DNA from: a virus
Lineage: Duplodnaviria; Caudoviricetes
Direction: 5' to 3' (one strand)
DNA: 25,217 nt
IMG/VR virus record: IMGVR_UViG_3300032136_000022
Location: 1-25,217 of that record
Shown here: positions 1 to 8,567 of the stretch, in pieces
How positions within the stretch are numbered: position 1 is the stretch's first letter
How the letters are laid out: each line of letters starts with the position of its first letter
Notes under the pieces: model-generated
Told to the model about the DNA's origin: nothing
The model's input: the letters and a program-made list of their open reading frames with translations, nothing else
Database searches by the model: none
Translations under genes and position numbers: made by a program

Positions 1-354
1 AAAAAAAACAAAAACCCGCGACCGACGTCCCTGGTCTGCAAATGCGGCGAACGCTATCCGGTATCGGCGCGGGGGAAGATCCCGGATCTTTGTCACGCCT
101 GTCGAAAGCGTCGCAACGATAACCCGGCGGTCAGGGCCGAAGCCCGGATCGACGCCTTGAAGAAAGCGAAGCGGCGGGTCGTCCGCTGTTCCTGTTGCGG
201 GGTTAACCCGGTCCACAAGGGCTTCCGCTTTCTTTGCTACACCTGCTGGAAAGCGAACGACGGCGACGACGAAAACGCCGGGGTCGTCTCGGCCTACGGT
301 ACGACGGCTTACGGGGTCCCGAAGATCGGCGGGGCGCACCAGGGGAAACAATAA
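1..354 (+). CDS. 5'-truncated protein with two putative zinc-binding Cys clusters
   Basis: Frame 1 is open from base 1: KKNKNPRPTSLVCKCGERY...DLCHACRKRR...RCSCCGVNP...LCYTCWK. The track ORF 157..354 is only its C-terminal part. Confidence 0.7.
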   Translation, partial: KKNKNPRPTSLVCKCGERYPVSARGKIPDLCHACRKRRNDNPAVRAEARIDALKKAKRRVVRCSCCGVNPVHKGFRFLCYTCWKANDGDDENAGVVSAYGTTAYGVPKIGGAHQGKQ

Positions 355-374
355 CCAGCGAAGGGGAAAAGCCT

Positions 375-563
375 ATGGAACCAACGGAACGACAGATCGA
401 AACCGTGGCGCGTTTGATCATGGCCGACGATAAACAATTCAAACTGGGCGCATATCAGGGGGACTTCGACGCCCTGAAGCTGGACCAGCAACTTCGATAC
501 ATCGTCCGGGCGAAGCGGTTTTTCCGGGTCCTGGAAGCCTACGGGGCCTGGGGGAAACCATGA
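375..563 (+). CDS. Hypothetical protein (62 aa, MEPTERQIE...)
   Basis: AAGGGG upstream of ATG 375; the stop overlaps the next start (ATGA). Confidence 0.7.
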   Translation: MEPTERQIETVARLIMADDKQFKLGAYQGDFDALKLDQQLRYIVRAKRFFRVLEAYGAWGKP

Positions 564-808
564 TCTGGCGGCCGAAGCCCGGACAGCCGGTTAGGGTGCA
601 TTATCGGGAAAGCCTACGGGACGCGACGGGGATCCACGGGCGGGCGGGTTTTGTCGTGGCGGTCGGGACTGGGCCGGGGCCGGCCAATGTCCTGGTGGAC
701 CTTTTGGACTGGGCGCCGGTCGTCGTCCCACGGGGGAACCTGGTCGCCGTTAATGCCGTCGCGGTTCGAAGATATGACTACACCGAAAAGCGAAAGGCCG
801 TCCAATGA
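560..808 (+). CDS. Hypothetical protein, possible small SH3/KOW-like beta barrel
   Basis: ATGA overlaps at both ends; PGQPVRV...HGRAGFVVAV...VLVDL...VVVPRGNL pattern. Confidence 0.7.
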   Translation: MIWRPKPGQPVRVHYRESLRDATGIHGRAGFVVAVGTGPGPANVLVDLLDWAPVVVPRGNLVAVNAVAVRRYDYTEKRKAVQ

Positions 809-1422
809 AAAAGATCGAATACGTTACCGCGAAGGAACTGTCCGTCCGCCTGGGCGTTTCCGCCGAAGCGGTCGGTCAACATATCCGTGCGGGGCGCCTG
901 AAGAAGTCCGTCAAAAAGACGGGGACCGGGCGCCAGACCCGATATCGGATCGACTACCAGGCGGCGGTCAAGGAACTTGAAGCGAACATCGATCCTCAAT
1001 ATCTGGTAAACAAACCGACCGGCGGCGGGAAGAAGAAAAAGGCCCCGGCGAAGGGGGCCAGGAAGAAAGCCCCGGCGCCTAAAAAAGCGGCGAAGGGTAG
1101 GGTCAAGGCCCCGGCGAAGACGGCACCAGCGAAGCCTGGCGAAGCGACGGCGTCGACGTTTACCGAAGCCCGGACCGCGACGGAACAATACAAAGCGAAA
1201 ATGCGGCGCCTTGAGTATGAAAAGGCGTCCGGCCTACTGGTCGAAAAGGCGCAAGTCGAAAAGGACGCCTTCGATGTCGCCCGGATCCTTCGGGACTCTT
1301 TGATGGTGATCCCGGACCGGGTCGACGCGATCCTGGCGGCGGAAACCGACCAGCAAGCGGTCAACGAAATTCTTAGGAAAGAAATCAAAGCGGCCCTGGT
1401 CGACGCGATCGGGAAATTTTAA
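805..1422 (+). CDS. terS: Terminase small subunit (Nu1-like)
   Basis: N-terminal HTH (VTAKELSVRLGVSAEAVGQHIRAGRL); C-terminal ARTATEQYKAKMRRLEYEKASGLLV...LRDSLMVIPDRV typical of Nu1-like proteins; lies upstream of the gpA-type terminase. Confidence 0.85.
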   Translation: MKKIEYVTAKELSVRLGVSAEAVGQHIRAGRLKKSVKKTGTGRQTRYRIDYQAAVKELEANIDPQYLVNKPTGGGKKKKAPAKGARKKAPAPKKAAKGRVKAPAKTAPAKPGEATASTFTEARTATEQYKAKMRRLEYEKASGLLVEKAQVEKDAFDVARILRDSLMVIPDRVDAILAAETDQQAVNEILRKEIKAALVDAIGKF

Positions 1423-1438
1423 CAAGGGGGCGAAGCAA

Positions 1439-1765
1439 ATGGACGAACTGGAAAAACGGGCGACGGATTTCTTGCAGTTCAACGTCGACCCACAGGACTA
1501 CCGAAGCAACAACCCGGCATTCCCGATTGTCCTGGACCTACTGATCGAAGTCCGTCGGCTTCGGCGCCAGGTCAGGGATCTATTCGGCGACGACGACGAA
1601 CTGGAAAAGATCTTCGTCGACGGGTTACGCTTAACGGCGCGGCTGAACGCGATCATGGACGTTTTTCTTCGGGCAAAAACAGCAAGGGGGGGCGAAGCCT
1701 ATGGACGAAAGACATCATCCACTATCAAGACTAATGGCCCTGAAGACCGTGGCCGACGATATTAG
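1439..1765 (+). CDS. Hypothetical helical protein
   Basis: AAGGGGG ribosome-binding site; 108-aa ORF whose 3' end overlaps the next gene by 65 nt. Confidence 0.6.
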   Translation: MDELEKRATDFLQFNVDPQDYRSNNPAFPIVLDLLIEVRRLRRQVRDLFGDDDELEKIFVDGLRLTARLNAIMDVFLRAKTARGGEAYGRKTSSTIKTNGPEDRGRRY

Positions 1766-1931
1766 GAAACGGGTCCTTCATTCCCAGTTACCGGACGACG
1801 AACGTCTGAAAATGGCCGACGATCTTCTTTTTTTAGGCGACGAAGTCCTTTCGCTTTCGGCGAAACTTTTCGACCGCGCCTATTTGGACGGTTTAAATAG
1901 CGGGATGTTCTGCCGGGGGCCGATGATATGA
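1701..1931 (+). CDS. Hypothetical helical protein
   Basis: AAGGGGGGG ribosome-binding site; the stop overlaps the ATG of the next gene. Confidence 0.65.
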   Translation: MDERHHPLSRLMALKTVADDIRKRVLHSQLPDDERLKMADDLLFLGDEVLSLSAKLFDRAYLDGLNSGMFCRGPMI

Positions 1932-3352
1932 CTTTATTCCTGGCCCTTTTCCCGCTGGTTTTCGTCCTTCCGAACGCTTCCGTCGCACCATTTTCGCGAC
2001 CACGGGACGCGGCCCTGGCCCTATCGCTTCCGGTTTCCGTCGCTTTTTGGGGCCTATCCGGCGGCGGGGTCTACATCGACCCCGGCGTTTTCTTTTTGGT
2101 CGCGACCCTGCTGTCCCTATTGACCCTGGCGACCGTCTTATCCGACCGGCCGGCGATATCGATCCGGGGCCTGATTCGCTTCGCGGCGGCGGTCGCCTTG
2201 GGGCTTGCGGCTACGCGGTCCGCTTTGACCGCCGTCGTCATGGGCGGGGTCGTTCACGCCGTATTCGTCGTCTGTCAACGCCGCTGGCCGGCGACCTGGG
2301 CGACGATCGACCGGCGAATATATTCGGCCGAAGGACTGGCGGGAAACACAAACTTTTCTGGCGCCTTCCTGGCCCCCGTCGTCTTCGTCGCGATCGCCGA
2401 CGGCGACTTCCTGGCGGTCCCTTTACTTGTCTACGCCTTGACCCTGTCCCGTTGCCGGGGCGCCTTTGTCGGGGCCGTTGCCGGCGCCTTCGTCGTCAAC
2501 CCTTGGGCCGGCGCGGCGGCGGCGGCCGGCGCGATCGTCTACGCGGTAAAGACCGGACGGACCGGGTCTTCGTACCGGCTGGACGTCTGGCGATCGGCGA
2601 TCCGGCGGATCGGGATCCGGAACGCCTTTGTCGGGGAAGGCGTCGGCGTTTCGAAGATTCGGTCATCGCTGATAAAGCGGGGCGTCCGGTTTCGGTGGGC
2701 GCATAGCGACGCGATTCAGCTCGCGCTGGACGCCGGAATCCCGGCGGCGATCATCCTTCAGACTATCGGCGCCTGGTCCGCATTCGCGGCGTATCAGTCC
2801 GGGGCGCCCTTTCTTTCTGCGGCGATCGTTTGCCTAATGGTTTCGGGCCTTTTCCTGAATACGCAATCGATCGCCCTGACGATGGTCGTCTTTTGGGTCG
2901 TCGTCGGACAGGCCGGACAGGCGTCCGGGGTCGTCTACGCGGCGCCGTCCTGGTGGCCTGTCGCGGCGGTCTTCCTGGCGGCTATCGCGGCCGCGACCTG
3001 GGGCCGGTCCTTCGTCGCGGACGTCGTCTTCGGGGCCGGATTCGGTCGGCATCGGTCGGCGGTCGCGGCGCACGTCGTCAACCCGGACGATTCGAAAATC
3101 GCCTATTATTTGATCACGGGCCTGGTCAATGGCGGACGCCACGACGTCGCATTCCTGAAAGCAACGCGGCTGGCCGACAAGTACGACGGCGAAGTAGATA
3201 TCGAAACCGTCCTATGGCTTTTAGGGGCAACGGCGGCGAACGCGGGGGCCTACGGTATCGCCCGAACCGAACTGTCGCGCCTTTTGGAATACAACCCGGC
3301 GGCCGGCGGCGCGGCCGAACTTCTTTCGAAACTGCCTGGGGCAACGAACTGA
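1928..3352 (+). CDS. O-antigen ligase/polymerase family (WaaL/Wzy_C/PglL-like) polytopic membrane protein with a TPR-like C-terminus
   Basis: Many hydrophobic segments plus motifs in family order: GLAGNTNFSGAFL (GxxGNxN), LTLSRCRGAFVG (SRG-like), SSYRLDVWRSA (RxxxW), FVGEGVG (GxGxG), WAHSDAIQLALDAGI (HN-like catalytic His); TPR-like helices ending RLLEYNP. Confidence 0.8.
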   Translation: MTLFLALFPLVFVLPNASVAPFSRPRDAALALSLPVSVAFWGLSGGGVYIDPGVFFLVATLLSLLTLATVLSDRPAISIRGLIRFAAAVALGLAATRSALTAVVMGGVVHAVFVVCQRRWPATWATIDRRIYSAEGLAGNTNFSGAFLAPVVFVAIADGDFLAVPLLVYALTLSRCRGAFVGAVAGAFVVNPWAGAAAAAGAIVYAVKTGRTGSSYRLDVWRSAIRRIGIRNAFVGEGVGVSKIRSSLIKRGVRFRWAHSDAIQLALDAGIPAAIILQTIGAWSAFAAYQSGAPFLSAAIVCLMVSGLFLNTQSIALTMVVFWVVVGQAGQASGVVYAAPSWWPVAAVFLAAIAAATWGRSFVADVVFGAGFGRHRSAVAAHVVNPDDSKIAYYLITGLVNGGRHDVAFLKATRLADKYDGEVDIETVLWLLGATAANAGAYGIARTELSRLLEYNPAAGGAAELLSKLPGATN

Positions 3353-5175
3353 TGCCGACGCCGTATAAAATAGCCTTTGCCGAAGGCCTTCAACCCGATC
3401 CGGACTGGACCATCACGGAATGGTCCGATCGTCGCCGAAAGCTGGCGAAGGGGGCGTCACCTGAACCGGGTCAGTATCGGTCAAGCCGGACCCCGTACCT
3501 GATCGAAATCATGGACGAACTATCGCCGACCAGTCCGACCGAAGAAGTCGTCGCGGTAAAGCCGACGCAAACGGGTTTTACCGAAGTCGGGAATAATTTG
3601 CTTTTTTGCGTCGCGGATCTTTACCCGGCGCCATGTATTTTTGGCATGCCGACGGACCAGCTAGTCGAACGGCACGTCAAAAAGAAAATCAATCCGTCGC
3701 TTCGGGCAATGGGGAACCTGGGCGGAAAGATCAAGGACCCACGGACCAGGGACGCGGGGAATACGATGCGGCTGAAGGAATTTCCCGGCGGAAACTGGAC
3801 CTTTACTGGCTGCAATTCTCCGGTCGCTTCGCGGTCGGATTCCGTCCGCTTCCTGGTCCGCGACGACTACGACGGCTGGATCGCGGAAGCCGGCGCCGAA
3901 GGCGACCCCGGCGAACTCATGAAAAAACGAACCGACGCCTATGGCCGGCGGCGGAAAATCTACACAAACAGCACACCGACGGTCAAAGACCGATCGAAGA
4001 TCCAGGCGGAATTCGACACTTCCAGTCAAGGGCATTACAGCGTCCCCTGTCCCTGTTGCGGCTTCCTTCAATTTTTGGAGTGGGGCGGGACCGACGTCGA
4101 TTTCGGGATCAAATTCGAAAGGGACGCCGACGGCCAGGTCACGGCGGCCTGGTACGTCTGCCGGGACTGCGGCGCCAGGATCAAAGAACATGAAAAAACC
4201 TGGATGATGGACCCGGACAACGGCGCCAGATTTATCCACAAATACCCGGACCGGAAAAAACGCGGTTTTAAAATCAATGGACTCTATTCGCCCGTCGGGT
4301 GGGTTTCCTGGGTTACGATCGCCCAGGAATTCGTTGATAGCAAGGGGAAGCCGGGGAAGCGCAAGGTCTGGCACAACACCCGTATGGCGGACGTCTGGAC
4401 CGAATACGAACGGATTCGGACCGAAGACGCGATCCTGGTCCTTCGCGACGATCGCCCCCGTGGGCGCGTCCCTGGCGGCGGGGTCGTCGCCGGGGTCTTC
4501 GGGTCGGTCGATACCCAGGACGACGGGTACTGGTATCGGATCCGCGCCTTCGGCTTCGGCGGCGCCGACCTTACGAAAGAATCATGGGGGATCCGCGAAG
4601 GCTTTGTCCGGACGGACGCGGACCTGGAACAGGTCCTGTTCCGGGACGTCTACATGGACGCCGACGGGGTCCAGTACGTCGTACAGCTTGCGATCATCGA
4701 CGCCCTGGGGCATAGGACGGCGGACGTCTACAAGTTCTGCCTGAAGCACCGTGGGCGGATCTTTCCGTCGTTTGGCCGTCAAACAATGACCGCCCCCTAT
4801 AGCTGGACAAACCTTGAATGGTGGCCTGGGACGAAAAAAGCGATCCCCGGCGGACTTCGCGGGATCAACGTCAATACGAAATACTTCAAAGACGAACTGT
4901 CGTCCCTTTTATCGATCGAACCGGACGACCCCGGCGCCTGGCACGAAAACGCGGAATTTACGCGGGACATGGCGCAACACATGACAGCCGAATATATCAA
5001 CGCGAAGGGTCACTGGGAATGTCCCGGCGGCAAGGCGAACCACTTATGGGACTGCGCGGTCCTGTCCCTGGTGGCGCACGAAATCAGCGGGATAAAGTAC
5101 CGGCCGAAGCCGGAAGCCGGGAACGAACACCGGACGCCGGGGCGCCGGGTCCGATCGAAGGGGGTGGCGGCATGA
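3352..5175 (+). CDS. terL: Terminase large subunit, lambda gpA family
   Basis: Start at ATG 3352 (TGATG overlap); PEPGQYRSSRTPYLIEIMD, Walker A-like KPTQTGFTE, Walker B-like FLVRDDYD, STPT motif, Cys pairs CPCC/CRDC, nuclease motifs VDTQ and NHLWDC. Confidence 0.95.
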   Translation: MPTPYKIAFAEGLQPDPDWTITEWSDRRRKLAKGASPEPGQYRSSRTPYLIEIMDELSPTSPTEEVVAVKPTQTGFTEVGNNLLFCVADLYPAPCIFGMPTDQLVERHVKKKINPSLRAMGNLGGKIKDPRTRDAGNTMRLKEFPGGNWTFTGCNSPVASRSDSVRFLVRDDYDGWIAEAGAEGDPGELMKKRTDAYGRRRKIYTNSTPTVKDRSKIQAEFDTSSQGHYSVPCPCCGFLQFLEWGGTDVDFGIKFERDADGQVTAAWYVCRDCGARIKEHEKTWMMDPDNGARFIHKYPDRKKRGFKINGLYSPVGWVSWVTIAQEFVDSKGKPGKRKVWHNTRMADVWTEYERIRTEDAILVLRDDRPRGRVPGGGVVAGVFGSVDTQDDGYWYRIRAFGFGGADLTKESWGIREGFVRTDADLEQVLFRDVYMDADGVQYVVQLAIIDALGHRTADVYKFCLKHRGRIFPSFGRQTMTAPYSWTNLEWWPGTKKAIPGGLRGINVNTKYFKDELSSLLSIEPDDPGAWHENAEFTRDMAQHMTAEYINAKGHWECPGGKANHLWDCAVLSLVAHEISGIKYRPKPEAGNEHRTPGRRVRSKGVAA

Positions 5176-5393
5176 CGATTAAAGCGTCGACAAAATTCAT
5201 CGTCGGTCAAAAGGCGATCATGGGTTACCTTCAGATCAGTCGACCGCTTTTTGACCACTTCATGAAGATCGGCCTTCCCGTCGCGACTATCAACGGCCGG
5301 CAGTATGCCCACGCGGACAACCTTGACGACTGGTGCCGAAATACCTTCCGGGGCCAGGCGACGATCACGATCCCCGAAGACCTTCCGAAGTAA
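5172..5393 (+). CDS. Small putative winged-HTH DNA-binding protein (excisionase/AlpA-like)
   Basis: ATGA overlap with terL; GQKAIMGYLQISRPLFDHFMKIGLPVATINGRQYAHADNLDDW has an HTH-plus-wing pattern. Confidence 0.65.
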   Translation: MTIKASTKFIVGQKAIMGYLQISRPLFDHFMKIGLPVATINGRQYAHADNLDDWCRNTFRGQATITIPEDLPK

Positions 5394-5545
5394 CCTTTCC
5401 AGCCCCCCTTGCAAGCCTTTTCCTTGTATTCGAAATCGTATTTTCCCGCCATTAGTGTGACATTTTCGTAACAATTCCCAAAAATGTAACAAAACCCGTT
5501 ATATGCTTGGGGCATCAATCGAACCCGAATCACGGGGGGCGGCGC
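5394..5545 (+). promoter_or_regulatory. AT-rich intergenic region, probable promoter/regulatory site for the head-tail genes
   Basis: Largest non-coding gap in the window; TTGCAA and TTGTAT hexamers; repeats TGTGACA (5456), CGTAACA (5467), TGTAACA (5485). Confidence 0.5.
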
Positions 5546-5547
5546 CG

Positions 5548-5769
5548 ATGACGGTCAAGACATACGCGGAACAGCTAGAAGAAGTCCAGACGGCGATCAC
5601 GAACGTCCTAACGGGCGCCCAGTCGATGACGGACGGCGACGGACGGGCGGTCACTCAGGCGAACTTAGAAACCCTGTATAAGGCCGAACAGCGACTGCGG
5701 GTCCTGGCCGATAGGGAAGCCGGGGGCGGTGGGATCCAGGTCCGCCAGGCGACGCCGGTCGACGCATGA
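5548..5769 (+). CDS. Head-to-tail adaptor, lambda gpW-like
   Basis: 73 aa between terminase and portal; EQLEEVQTAI...GAQS...GRAVTQANLETL pattern; GGGGGG before ATG 5548. Confidence 0.8.
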   Translation: MTVKTYAEQLEEVQTAITNVLTGAQSMTDGDGRAVTQANLETLYKAEQRLRVLADREAGGGGIQVRQATPVDA

Positions 5770-7388
5770 GGGAAATCGTCGAAGCGGCGTCGACCGCAAA
5801 GCTGAACACGATCGACCGAATCGTCGCGGCCGTCAACCCGGCGGCCGGCGTCCGGCGCCTTCGGTCAAGGGCGATCCTGGCGATGGCCGGCGCGTATCAC
5901 GGCGCCAGCAAAAAGCGAAAGGCCCTTTCCGAATGGTCGCCTTCGGCCGGGGACGCGGACGCGGATATCATCGCCGAACTTCCCGACCTTCGCGAACGGT
6001 CGCGGGATCTTGAACGAAACAACCCGCTGGCGACCGGCGCGATCAACACGAAATGTACGTCGATCGTCGGGACCGGCCTGAACCTGAACGCCCAGGTCGA
6101 CCGCGACGTCCTGGGATGGGACGACGACTTCGCCGACGCCTGGGAACGCCGGACCGAAGCCGAATTCGCCCTTTTTTGTCGCTATTGCGACGTCGAAGAC
6201 GTCCTTCCCTTTACGCCAGGATTCCAGGACCTTTCGCTTCGGTCGACGCTGATCAATGGCGACGTTTTTATCCTGACCCCGATGGTCGAAGACAAGCGGA
6301 CGCCGTACAGGCTAAAACTGCAAGCCGTCGAAGCCGATAGGGTTTCGAACCCGAACAATAGGGCCGACACCGATCGCCTGGCCGGCGGGATCGAAAAGGA
6401 CGCAAACGGCCGGCCGATCCGGATCCACGTTTTGAAGGGACACCCTGGGAACCCGTATTCGTCAAAAAACGAATGGATCCCGGTCGATATCTACGGCGCA
6501 AAAACCGGGCGGCGGAACGTCATTCACCTATTCGACAAAAAGCGGGTGGGCCAGACGCGGGGCGTCCCGGACCTGGCGCCCGTGATCGAAATCCTAAAGC
6601 AAATGGGGCGCTACACCGACGCGGAAGTCCAGGCGGCGGTGATTTCGTCCTTTTTTACGGTCTTTGTCAAAAGCGAATACGGGGGCGGGGGCGTCGGCAA
6701 TCCGCTTTTAGGGCCGATGCAACCGACGGCCGACGTCGGGGGGAAGACGTCCGACAAGGACTATAAAATGGGATCCGGCGCGATCCTGGAACTTCTCCCG
6801 AACGAAGACGTCACGACCGCGAACCCTGGGCGCCCCAACGACGCTTTCGACCCCTTCGTTCTGGCCCTGTCCCGACAGATCGGCGTCGCCCTTCAACTTC
6901 CGTATGAAATCCTGGTCAAGCATTTTACGGCGTCATATTCGGCGGCCCAGGCGGCGCTGTTGGAAGCCTGGAAGTTCTTCATGACCCGACGGGTCTGGCT
7001 GGCGCAAAGTCTTTGCCAGCTTGTCTATGAACTTTTCATGACCGAAGCCGTCGCCCTGGGCCGGATCTATGCCCCCGGCTTTTTGACCGGCGACCCGCTG
7101 GTTCGCGAAGCCTACCTGGGCGCCGATTGGATCGGTCCGGCGCGGGGCCAGATCGATCAAAAGAAAGAAATCGACGCGGCGGCGCAACGGGTCGCGGAAG
7201 GCGTTTCGACCCTATCCGAAGAAACGGCCGCCCTGACCGGCGGTGACTGGTCTAAGAAGCACCGGCAACGGGTCAAGGAAGTCCGGAAGCGGGTCGAAGA
7301 CGGTCTTCAGCCCGATCCGTCGGCGGCAACCAAACAGGCCCCGGCCCCGATGCCGGCGCCGGAAGAAGACCGGGGGGACGACGAATGA
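5766..7388 (+). CDS. Portal protein, lambda family
   Basis: LRERSRDLERNNPLA, GQTRGVPDLAPV, SYSAAQAALLE, QIDQKKE motifs; 540 aa. Confidence 0.95.
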   Translation: MREIVEAASTAKLNTIDRIVAAVNPAAGVRRLRSRAILAMAGAYHGASKKRKALSEWSPSAGDADADIIAELPDLRERSRDLERNNPLATGAINTKCTSIVGTGLNLNAQVDRDVLGWDDDFADAWERRTEAEFALFCRYCDVEDVLPFTPGFQDLSLRSTLINGDVFILTPMVEDKRTPYRLKLQAVEADRVSNPNNRADTDRLAGGIEKDANGRPIRIHVLKGHPGNPYSSKNEWIPVDIYGAKTGRRNVIHLFDKKRVGQTRGVPDLAPVIEILKQMGRYTDAEVQAAVISSFFTVFVKSEYGGGGVGNPLLGPMQPTADVGGKTSDKDYKMGSGAILELLPNEDVTTANPGRPNDAFDPFVLALSRQIGVALQLPYEILVKHFTASYSAAQAALLEAWKFFMTRRVWLAQSLCQLVYELFMTEAVALGRIYAPGFLTGDPLVREAYLGADWIGPARGQIDQKKEIDAAAQRVAEGVSTLSEETAALTGGDWSKKHRQRVKEVRKRVEDGLQPDPSAATKQAPAPMPAPEEDRGDDE

Positions 7389-8518
7389 ACTGGTATGAAA
7401 TCAAAGCGGCGACCGACAAAAAGCCGGCGCGAATTATGGTCTACGGCTACATCGGCCAGACCTGGGACGGGCGCGGCGTAGAAGCGAAGAAGTTCATCGA
7501 CGAATTGAACGCATTGGACGTCGACGCGATCGATCTACACATCAACAGCGGCGGGGGGCAGGTCTTCGAAGGGACCGCGATATATAACGCCTTGAAGGCG
7601 CACCGGGCGAAGATCACGGTCCGAATAGACGGCATAGCGGCTTCGATCGCGTCGATCATCGCAATGGCCGGCGATACCGTCGAAATGCCGGAAAACGCTA
7701 TGATGATGATTCACGACCCGATGGGGGTCGTCGCCGGAACGTCCGAAGATATGGAAAAAATGGCGGACGTTTTGGACAAACTGAAAACCGGCCTGATCGC
7801 GACCTATCACGAAAAGACCGGCGTCGACGCCGAAGACCTTTCGACGATGATGACCGACGAAACCTGGATGACGGCCGGCGAAGCCGTGAAACTGGGTTTC
7901 GCCGACGTCGTGATCGGTCGCGTCGAAGCGACGAACAACTTCGGCGGGGAAGAAATCCTGAACCAATATCGCAACGTCCCGCAAAACCTGACGGCCGTGA
8001 TCGGCCAGAAACAGCAACCCGAAGCACGAAAGGAAGAAGACATGAAAACCTTCAAAGCGGAAGAAATCAACGCCGATCTGATCAAGGCCGAATTCCCGGA
8101 AATCGCGAAGGCACTGGCCGAAGACGGCAAACCCGAAACCCTGAAAGCGGGGGCGACCGCCGAACGCGAACGGATCCAGGGCGTCCTGGAACAGTCGATC
8201 CCTGGTCACGAAGACCTGGTCAATTCGCTGGCCTTCGACGGCAAGACAACGCCGGCCGAAGCGGCGATCAAGGTCCTGGCGGCCGAAAAGAAGATCCGGG
8301 CGACGACCATCGACAACCACGCGGCCGACGCCCCGAAGCCGGTCGAACAACCGTCGACCGACGACGACGCCCCGGCCCCGGTCAAAAACCTGTCGCCCGA
8401 AGACCGATGGGAAAAGGACCCGAAAGTCCGGGCGGAATTCGACGACGACAAGGACGCCTTTCTGGCCTACGCGAAGGCGAACGCTTCCGGGCAGGTCCGG
8501 ATCCAGGGCAAAAAATAA
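7385..8518 (+). CDS. ClpP-type (S14) head maturation protease with C-terminal scaffold-like region
   Basis: HINSGGG, GIAASIAS (Ser), MMIHDP (His), ETWMTAGEAVKLGFAD; charged helical C-terminal half. Confidence 0.93.
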   Translation: MNWYEIKAATDKKPARIMVYGYIGQTWDGRGVEAKKFIDELNALDVDAIDLHINSGGGQVFEGTAIYNALKAHRAKITVRIDGIAASIASIIAMAGDTVEMPENAMMMIHDPMGVVAGTSEDMEKMADVLDKLKTGLIATYHEKTGVDAEDLSTMMTDETWMTAGEAVKLGFADVVIGRVEATNNFGGEEILNQYRNVPQNLTAVIGQKQQPEARKEEDMKTFKAEEINADLIKAEFPEIAKALAEDGKPETLKAGATAERERIQGVLEQSIPGHEDLVNSLAFDGKTTPAEAAIKVLAAEKKIRATTIDNHAADAPKPVEQPSTDDDAPAPVKNLSPEDRWEKDPKVRAEFDDDKDAFLAYAKANASGQVRIQGKK

Positions 8519-8534
8519 GACGGGACAACCCGTC
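8519..8534. promoter_or_regulatory. Small stem-loop without a U tract
   Basis: GACGGG-ACAA-CCCGTC perfect 6-bp inverted repeat immediately after the protease stop. Confidence 0.35.
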
Positions 8535-8567
8535 GAACATTCCAAAAAGTAAAAGGGGGAAAGAACA

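Noticed and set aside
2830-3351. 174-aa N-terminal extension of terL in the ORF track
   Set aside because: Arg-rich shadow frame inside the ligase gene; the gpA-like sequence begins at ATG 3352, which overlaps the ligase stop
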